From a virus, in IMG/VR virus record IMGVR_UViG_3300010412_001298: a DNA stretch of 17,623 bases. One strand, written 5' to 3'. This document shows, piece after piece, positions 6,782 to 12,086 of this stretch. How positions within the stretch are numbered: the first letter of the stretch is position 1; the number at the start of each line of letters is the position of its first letter. The translations under genes and the position numbers were made by a program. The notes under the pieces were generated by a model. That model worked only from the letters and a program-made list of their open reading frames with translations, made no database searches and was not told where the DNA came from.

Positions 6782-7585
6782 TCAAAAAAGATAACTATTT
6801 ATTTCTTCATATATAAAATCAAATTGTTCAACTGTATAATCTGTGTAATGCATAGTATTAGGATTTTTATGAACTGTAGCACCATCTTCTAATTTTTTAT
6901 TTCTTAAAAATTTAATAACAGAAAGATCATTAATACGATTATATTCAACAGCTAATGTTTTTAAATTTATCAAATTATTAAATGTTGAAATATCAGTAAT
7001 TCTATTATGTGCTAAATTAAGATTTACCAATGTTGGTATAAAACCTAATGGTTTTGCATCTTTTATATTATTATTATTCAAAATCAATGTTCTTAATTGT
7101 TTCAAACCAGTAATATTAGAAATATCTTTAATCACATTAAAAGAAGCATCAATCAATTTCAATGTTTTTATATTACCTAAAACATCAATAGAAGAAAGAT
7201 TATTATAACTAACATCAATAGCCAAAAGTGGTACTTTTAAATTTCTTAAAAAAGTAATTGAATTGAATTTATTATTGCATAAATTCAAATAATTCAAATG
7301 TTTTAATTTATTTAATAATGGTATAATATTAATAAATGAATCTTCATTAATATTACTTTTTTTCAAATTAATACCAACTACATTATTACCATTTGATATA
7401 TAACTCATTTGTGGCATATTTGGATTTTTTACTTTATTATCAAATTTAGTTGATTTAAATATAGTAATACCTAAAGCATGATTTATTTCTTCTATTGTTT
7501 GATTATCTGATGAAAAATCAATATTTGATTTTTCAGATAATAAGGCAGTTATACTATTTTTTATTCTTTCTTTAAATAATGACAT
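6782..7585 (-). CDS. leucine-rich repeat (internalin-like, ~22-residue LRR) protein
   Basis: At least 7 consecutive units of type LxxLxLxxNxIxDIsxLxxLxx (e.g. LKQLRTLILNNNNIKDAKPLGFIPTLVNLNLAHNRITDISTFNNLINLKTLAVEYNRINDLSVI). There is a good minus-strand RBS (taGGAattaaaaATG). It is the only convincing minus-strand gene in the window. Confidence 0.8.
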   Translation of the reverse strand: MSLFKERIKNSITALLSEKSNIDFSSDNQTIEEINHALGITIFKSTKFDNKVKNPNMPQMSYISNGNNVVGINLKKSNINEDSFINIIPLLNKLKHLNYLNLCNNKFNSITFLRNLKVPLLAIDVSYNNLSSIDVLGNIKTLKLIDASFNVIKDISNITGLKQLRTLILNNNNIKDAKPLGFIPTLVNLNLAHNRITDISTFNNLINLKTLAVEYNRINDLSVIKFLRNKKLEDGATVHKNPNTMHYTDYTVEQFDFIYEEINSYLF

Positions 7586-7597
7586 TTTTAATTCCTA

Positions 7598-8059
7598 ATG
7601 AAAAAAATTAATGATTTACGCAAAATTTATGATATCAATTGTTTATTCAAACTAAATATGATACCTTGTAATAAAACCCTTAATAATGATTTTTTTAATA
7701 AAACCTCTAATAATGATTATTTTGGTTTCGAACAAGAGTGTTTTTATATGAATGAATACGGTTTTGTTATAGGTATTAATGTTTCTGGTTGTGATATTTT
7801 TAAATTCGATGTTTTTATTGATTATATAAAAAATTTTCAATATTTGACTGATTTATTTTTAGGTAATTTACAAATTAATGATATCACTTCTTTAAAATAT
7901 TTACCTAATTTGAAAATTTTAGATTTACATTTTAATAATATTACTAATATTGAATCGTTGTTATATTTGAAAAATTTGTTTTATCTTAATATTAGCAATA
8001 ATAATATTACTAATTTAGAATTATTAAAAAAATTAACAAGAACTATTATTATATCTTAA
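7598..8059 (+). CDS. leucine-rich repeat protein, shorter paralogue of 6782..7585
   Basis: LTDLFLGNLQINDITSLKYLPNLKILDLHFNNITNIESLLYLKNLFYLNISNNNITNLELL. The pre-LRR segment VIGINVSGCDIF parallels VVGINLKKSNIN of the minus-strand gene. There is no obvious RBS, so the start is uncertain. Confidence 0.6.
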   Translation: MKKINDLRKIYDINCLFKLNMIPCNKTLNNDFFNKTSNNDYFGFEQECFYMNEYGFVIGINVSGCDIFKFDVFIDYIKNFQYLTDLFLGNLQINDITSLKYLPNLKILDLHFNNITNIESLLYLKNLFYLNISNNNITNLELLKKLTRTIIIS

Positions 8060-8100
8060 CGTTCACCAATTGATATATATTATTTATAAAAATAAAAAAA

Positions 8101-8457
8101 ATGTTAGAAGAATTTTTTGATATAACATATAAATCAAAAACAAATATTGATGAATCTATTTATATATCAATTTTTCGTAATAAACATAAAATAGCATTGT
8201 TACAAGGTTTAACTGATCTTAATTTATATACTGTTGATGAAATCAACAAATTTTTCAAATTATATATTTCTATTTGTAAAGATTATATTGAGTTAAATAA
8301 AAAATTCATTAATTCAATTGAAAAAAATTCAATGAAAGTTTTTGAGATAAAAGGTATGATTGAATTTTTAGATGATTTTGATAAATTAGATATCATAAAT
8401 GATAAAAATTTATTTTTGTTATTTACAATCAAAAGAAAATATATAAAAAATACTTGA
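8101..8457 (+). CDS. hypothetical protein
   Basis: 118-aa ORF. No recognisable motif. Confidence 0.5.
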   Translation: MLEEFFDITYKSKTNIDESIYISIFRNKHKIALLQGLTDLNLYTVDEINKFFKLYISICKDYIELNKKFINSIEKNSMKVFEIKGMIEFLDDFDKLDIINDKNLFLLFTIKRKYIKNT

Positions 8458-8465
8458 AAAAAGTA

Positions 8466-8494
8466 TTGACATTTTTATATTTTAAATATATAAT
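8466..8494 (+). promoter_or_regulatory. sigma70-type promoter, TTGACA-N17-TATAAT
   Basis: TTGACA at 8466-8471 and TATAAT at 8489-8494. It lies upstream of the 8526 gene and rtcB. Confidence 0.7.
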
Positions 8495-8525
8495 TAATAT
8501 TGTAATTTAACTAAACAAGGCAAAC

Positions 8526-8975
8526 ATGAAAAACGTAAGAAAAGGTAGAACAATACTACAATACTTGAATGACTACGAACTTGATGGCTTGGAAAAAAGC
8601 AATGCCGCATTATCTGAGGCATTACAAACAAAAAATATTTTGGAATCAGGTGATGATGTAATAACAGCAATAGAAACAACAGCAGAATTTACATGGTTTG
8701 CTGGTATGGTTATTTCTTTAACACAATGTAAATCATGTAAAGATATCACAGATGCTTTAGATGTGTTTATTTCAACTTTAAAGCAAATGATTGAAAATGG
8801 TATACCAAAACAAAAAAATGAATGTGATGAAGAAATTTGGATATCTTTTAAAAACGCAATTTTGCTTCGTTTTTATCAAAAAATATACGATGACTTGGTG
8901 ACATTGCAACCACCAACAGAATTAGAATGTGGTTATATTGTTGATAAAGCAAAAGAGATTGTAAAAGACAATTAA
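8526..8975 (+). CDS. hypothetical protein (first gene of the rtcB transcription unit)
   Basis: 149-aa ORF. By eye its composition is less AT-biased than the flanking genes. No motif recognised. Confidence 0.6.
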   Translation: MKNVRKGRTILQYLNDYELDGLEKSNAALSEALQTKNILESGDDVITAIETTAEFTWFAGMVISLTQCKSCKDITDALDVFISTLKQMIENGIPKQKNECDEEIWISFKNAILLRFYQKIYDDLVTLQPPTELECGYIVDKAKEIVKDN

Positions 8976-8986
8976 TTTCTTTTATA

Positions 8987-9024
8987 ATACCAAAAAAAAA
9001 TGTCTTAACATTTTTTTTTGGTAT
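8987..9024 (+). terminator. A9/T9 hairpin between the 8526 gene and rtcB (possible partial terminator or processing site)
   Basis: 16-bp perfect stem ataccaaaaaaaaatg / catttttttttggtat with loop tcttaa. No separate trailing T-run. Confidence 0.45.
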
Positions 9025-9045
9025 ACATCAAAAACGGAAAACAGA

Positions 9046-10305
9046 ATGAGAATAAAAAGATTAGATGAATTAAACAAACCTTATAATATCTACACAACTG
9101 TATTAGAAACAGAAGCATTAGATCAATTTATCGATGCAATGCAACAAAAAGAAGTAGTAAAAGGTGCGTTAATGCCGGATGCACATTCAGGTTATACATT
9201 ACCGATTGGTGGTGTTGTAGCATTAAAAGGAAATATTTGTCCAGCTTATGTAGGATATGATATAGGATGTGGTGTATGCGCACTTAAAACAACTTTCAAA
9301 AAAACTGATATCAAAGAAAAACAGAATCAAATTTTTGATTCAATTTATGAATTAATTCCTGTTGGTTTTGAAATAAATCCACCATCAAAAGCAGCAAATT
9401 ATTCATTAGAAGGTTTGACATCTATTGGACAAAAAATCGCATCTGAAAAACAACATAATCGACAATTAGGAACATTGGGTGGTGGAAATCATTTCATTGA
9501 AATTGGATATGATGAAAATGATAATGTATGGATAATAATTCATTCAGGTAGTCGTGGTGTTGGACATGGTTTAGCAACACATTATATGAAATTAGCATTC
9601 ATTAATATTGATAAAATGTATGCTGATTATGATGAAAAACATCAACAAGCAAAAAGATATCAAAACAAATCAGGATATGAAAAAAATCGTAAAAAAGCAA
9701 TTGATCTTTTAATAAAAAAAGCAAAAGCCGATGAAGGACATCATTATTTAGATGTTAATACACAAGAAGGTAAGGATTATATAACTGATTTAAAATGGTG
9801 TCTAAATTACGCATTAGAAAATCGTAAAATAATGTTAGAACGAGTAATGGATGCCATTTTACGTTTTTGTTATGGTAAAGCAAAATGGGAAACATTGATA
9901 AACCGTAATCATAATCATGCAGAATTAAAAGATGGTTTATGGATACATCGAAAAGGTGCAACACATGCTGAAAAAGATATGTTAGGTGTTATTCCTGGTA
10001 ATATGCGTGATGGTTGTTATATTGTTAAAGGTAAAGGTAATCCTGATTCTTTATGTTCAAGTTCACATGGTGCTGGTAGACAAAAAAGCCGTAGTAAAGC
10101 AAAAAAAGATTTGAATGTTGATGTATTCAAATTTCAAATGGAAGGAATTAAATCATCTGCATCAATCGATACATTGGATGAAGCTCCTGGTGCTTATAAA
10201 AATTTTGATGATGTAATGAATAATCAAAAAGATTTGATTGAAAAATTATATCATATTAAACCATTGATTAATATAAAAGATAGTGGTAAACCCAAATATC
10301 TGTAA
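9046..10305 (+). CDS. rtcB: RtcB-family RNA 3'-phosphate/2',3'-cyclic phosphate to 5'-OH ligase
   Basis: Diagnostic RtcB motifs occur in the correct order: MPDAHSGYTLPIGG, GYDIGCGV, GTLGGGNHFIE, HSGSRGVGH, NHNH, HRKGAT, IPGNM, SSSHGAGR (the SxHGAGR histidine motif). The length of 419 aa is typical and there is no intein. Confidence 0.93.
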   Translation: MRIKRLDELNKPYNIYTTVLETEALDQFIDAMQQKEVVKGALMPDAHSGYTLPIGGVVALKGNICPAYVGYDIGCGVCALKTTFKKTDIKEKQNQIFDSIYELIPVGFEINPPSKAANYSLEGLTSIGQKIASEKQHNRQLGTLGGGNHFIEIGYDENDNVWIIIHSGSRGVGHGLATHYMKLAFINIDKMYADYDEKHQQAKRYQNKSGYEKNRKKAIDLLIKKAKADEGHHYLDVNTQEGKDYITDLKWCLNYALENRKIMLERVMDAILRFCYGKAKWETLINRNHNHAELKDGLWIHRKGATHAEKDMLGVIPGNMRDGCYIVKGKGNPDSLCSSSHGAGRQKSRSKAKKDLNVDVFKFQMEGIKSSASIDTLDEAPGAYKNFDDVMNNQKDLIEKLYHIKPLINIKDSGKPKYL

Positions 10306-10335
10306 GATTTTTTAAACTATATAGTTTAAAAAATC
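10306..10335 (+). terminator. perfect 30-nt palindromic hairpin directly after the rtcB stop
   Basis: gattttttaaactat/atagtttaaaaaatc. It shares its sequence family with the hairpin at 11027..11062. Confidence 0.5.
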
Positions 10336-10514
10336 AAGACATGAATGATTAATATAGATGGACATATTTTATGGTATTATTTTATTATTAATTATTGTAA
10401 AGTTTTTTTATCATTTTTTGTATCAAATTCATTTTTTTTTTAAAAAAAAGCATGTTCGTAAAAAAAACATGAATGTGAAGAAAAAAACGTGAAAAAAATA
10501 TTTGAAAAAATAAC

Positions 10515-10543
10515 TTGACAATTTTTAAACTCAAACGTATAAT
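10515..10543 (+). promoter_or_regulatory. promoter P1 of dual-promoter cassette A (TTGACA-N17-TATAAT)
   Basis: TTGACA at 10515-10520 and TATAAT at 10538-10543, with GAAAAAA tracts upstream. Confidence 0.75.
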
Positions 10544-10607
10544 AGTATACATACAAACAAGTTAAAAAGTTTTCAAAAAAGATTTTCAAAATAAATAAAA
10601 AAAGTAG

Positions 10608-10636
10608 TTGACAATTTTAAAACTTCAATGTATAAT
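10608..10636 (+). promoter_or_regulatory. promoter P2 of dual-promoter cassette A
   Basis: TTGACA at 10608-10613 and TATAAT at 10631-10636, followed by agtatacatactaaaaagttaaaaacttaaagtataaa. Confidence 0.75.
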
Positions 10637-10704
10637 AGTATACATACTAAAAAGTTAAAAACTTAAAGTATAAACCAAAAAAAAACACACACAAAGGTAA
10701 TGAA

Positions 10705-11028
10705 ATGAAAACAATTGAAATTTTAGTAGTCAAAAGCCAAAGCACTTATATTGAAGTAGAAGTAGATGAACAATTAAGCGATGCCAAAGCATTTCAACAA
10801 GCATTAAAAGACGCACCAGCGGTATTGAAAGCAGATGAAGATGTAGAATTCAACATTGAAGGTTCACTACATTATCACATCAAAGAAGAAAATGTAGCTG
10901 AAATTGAAGGATTGAAAACAATCAGATTCAAAAATGCAAGAAAAGCATTAGAATTAGCATTTGAAGATGATAATTTCACCAAAGCCGAAATGGTAGAATT
11001 TCTTCAAGAACAATTGAACAATATTTGA
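10705..11028 (+). CDS. small strongly acidic hypothetical protein
   Basis: 107 aa. By hand count ~24 D/E versus ~12 K/R. RBS AAAGGTAA. Driven by tandem consensus promoters. Confidence 0.65.
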   Translation: MKTIEILVVKSQSTYIEVEVDEQLSDAKAFQQALKDAPAVLKADEDVEFNIEGSLHYHIKEENVAEIEGLKTIRFKNARKALELAFEDDNFTKAEMVEFLQEQLNNI

Positions 11029-11062
11029 TTTTAAACTATTATAAAAATAATAGTTTAAAATC
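11027..11062 (+). terminator. 16-bp hairpin overlapping the stop codon of the 10705 gene
   Basis: gattttaaactattat-aaaa-ataatagtttaaaatc. Related to the hairpin after rtcB. Confidence 0.5.
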
Positions 11063-11098
11063 ATGAAACAAATAGAAAAATTTAGCTAATAAATTAAA

Positions 11099-11326
11099 AT
11101 GATCATACCAAAAGCAACACCAGAAACAACACTAAGTAATTTTCTAACAGCAATACTAAAAAAAAATAAAATCACAAAAAAAGAATTTTTCAAAAAAACA
11201 AAGTTAGAAAAAAGCATTTTTCAAAAAGAAACAGAACTAACAGAAGAAGCAGCTTTAGCATTACAAAAATTCACATTAGTTGATTATTCATATTGGATTG
11301 AATTATCGAAAAAAAAGTTGGAATAA
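11099..11326 (+). CDS. small basic hypothetical protein, possibly helix-turn-helix
   Basis: 75-aa ORF. ITKKEFFKKTKLEKSIFQKE loosely resembles an XRE-type HTH. No clear RBS. Confidence 0.4.
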   Translation: MIIPKATPETTLSNFLTAILKKNKITKKEFFKKTKLEKSIFQKETELTEEAALALQKFTLVDYSYWIELSKKKLE

Positions 11327-11332
11327 AAAAGA

Positions 11333-11361
11333 TTGACATTTTTATATTTTGAATATATAAT
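11333..11361 (+). promoter_or_regulatory. sigma70-type promoter, TTGACA-N17-TATAAT
   Basis: TTGACA at 11333-11338 and TATAAT at 11356-11361, followed by agtatacatacaaaacaag and a CA-rich leader. Confidence 0.75.
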
Positions 11362-11415
11362 AGTATACATACAAAACAAGTATACAACCAAACCAAACCA
11401 ATCAAAAAGTAAAAA

Positions 11416-11715
11416 ATGTTTAAAGATATAGATCAAGAAATCAAAAATTTTTTAAAAGCAGCCCAAGGTAAAATTGCAATCCCAACAATGTTATCAACTT
11501 TAGATAAAATGATTTGGAAAACAGGACGTGATACCGCAATCAAAGACGCAGAAACACAATTTTACAAAAACCAACCTTTACAACCAATATTATCAGCACC
11601 AAAAAATGTAGAAAAAAGCGATATTTGGTTAAATGGCTACAACATCACCGTTCATTTTTTACAACAAGGCACACAAAACATCATCAATCAAGCCATAAAA
11701 AATATGGCAAAATAA
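11416..11715 (+). CDS. hypothetical protein
   Basis: 99-aa ORF downstream of a consensus promoter. No motif recognised. Confidence 0.6.
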   Translation: MFKDIDQEIKNFLKAAQGKIAIPTMLSTLDKMIWKTGRDTAIKDAETQFYKNQPLQPILSAPKNVEKSDIWLNGYNITVHFLQQGTQNIINQAIKNMAK

Positions 11716-11725
11716 AAAAACAGTA

Positions 11726-11758
11726 TCAGTATTAGTTGTTTTTTTCAACTAATACTGA
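11726..11758 (+). terminator. 13-bp stem-loop downstream of the 11416 gene
   Basis: tcagtattagttg-ttttttt-caactaatactga. There is no trailing T-run. It abuts the structured RNA that starts at ~11760. Confidence 0.45.
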
Positions 11759-11759
11759 A

Positions 11760-11898
11760 GTTATTGAATTTAAAAAATATAGTCATTGAAAAAGATACTA
11801 CAAAATAGGTTCAAATCCTATATTTCGCTCCAAACAAATTGCGAAATATATAATATTCTTTTTCATAAATACTATATTTTTTAAATTCAATTTAGAAC
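11760..11898 (+). ncRNA. candidate Y-RNA-like (YrlA-type) structured RNA: long terminal helix plus tRNA-like T-arm and loop-closed acceptor-like helix
   Basis: The structure reads as follows. A 21-bp perfect helix (11763-11783 / 11871-11891). A bulged C at 11784. 2 bp. A 3-nt bulge. A 9-bp helix (11787-11795 / 11857-11865). A T-arm ATAGG-TTCAAAT-CCTAT (11805-11821). A 7-bp helix ATTTCGC/GCGAAAT (11822-11828 / 11841-11847), whose loop begins TCCA. Confidence 0.6.
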
Positions 11899-11970
11899 AT
11901 CTACAAAAACAGAGGGTTTGCCAATATTCATATGAATGGTAGAACATTTGTCTAAAAATAAAATCTTACT

Positions 11971-12063
11971 TTAATAATTTGATAAATTCAGTCATTAAAT
12001 TTGCTACTACACTATTAACGTAATTTGCAGATTTTATTCATACTGAATTTATCAAATTATTAA
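11971..12063 (+). ncRNA. second long-stem RNA element, paralogous to the basal part of 11760..11898 (possible second Y-like RNA, leader or processing structure)
   Basis: The structure reads as follows. A 22-bp perfect helix (11971-11992 / 12042-12063). A bulged C at 11993. 2 bp. An internal loop. An 8-bp helix (11997-12004 / 12027-12034, one G:U). A 22-nt loop. It shares AGT-C-AT-T ... TACTACA ... TTCATA-ACT with the first element and ends 7 nt before the RBS of the 797-aa gene. Confidence 0.5.
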
Positions 12064-12086
12064 CAATCAAAAAGGTGAAAAAACCA

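Noticed and set aside
10358-10477. 39-codon hydrophobic ORF (MDIFYGIILLLIIVKFF...) in the rtcB-distal intergenic region
   Set aside because: It has no RBS and lies in a poly-T/poly-A tract region upstream of the promoter cassette. It is most likely non-coding UP-element or curved DNA.
11805-11856. Reading the T-arm/ATTTCGC-TCCA followed by GCGAAAT as a genuinely circularly permuted tRNA gene needing RtcB-mediated ligation
   Set aside because: No D-arm or anticodon arm can be built from the 9-nt junction segments. The flanking 21-bp + 9-bp helix is far longer than a bulge-helix-bulge splice motif. The Y-RNA-like (tRNA mimic) interpretation explains the topology better. I keep this reading as an alternative to test.
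11900-11943. Small hairpin (tctac...gtaga) with internal palindrome attcatatgaat between the two long-stem RNAs
   Set aside because: The stems are short (5-6 bp) in AT-rich sequence and could arise by chance. It may be part of a larger RNA, but it cannot be supported on its own.
1064-12086. N-terminal extensions proposed by the ORF track (starts at 1064, 1339, 1972, 5453, 12075)
   Set aside because: In each case a downstream ATG has a better RBS or overlap geometry. The extension would run through a promoter, a terminator hairpin, the RBS itself or the preceding gene.
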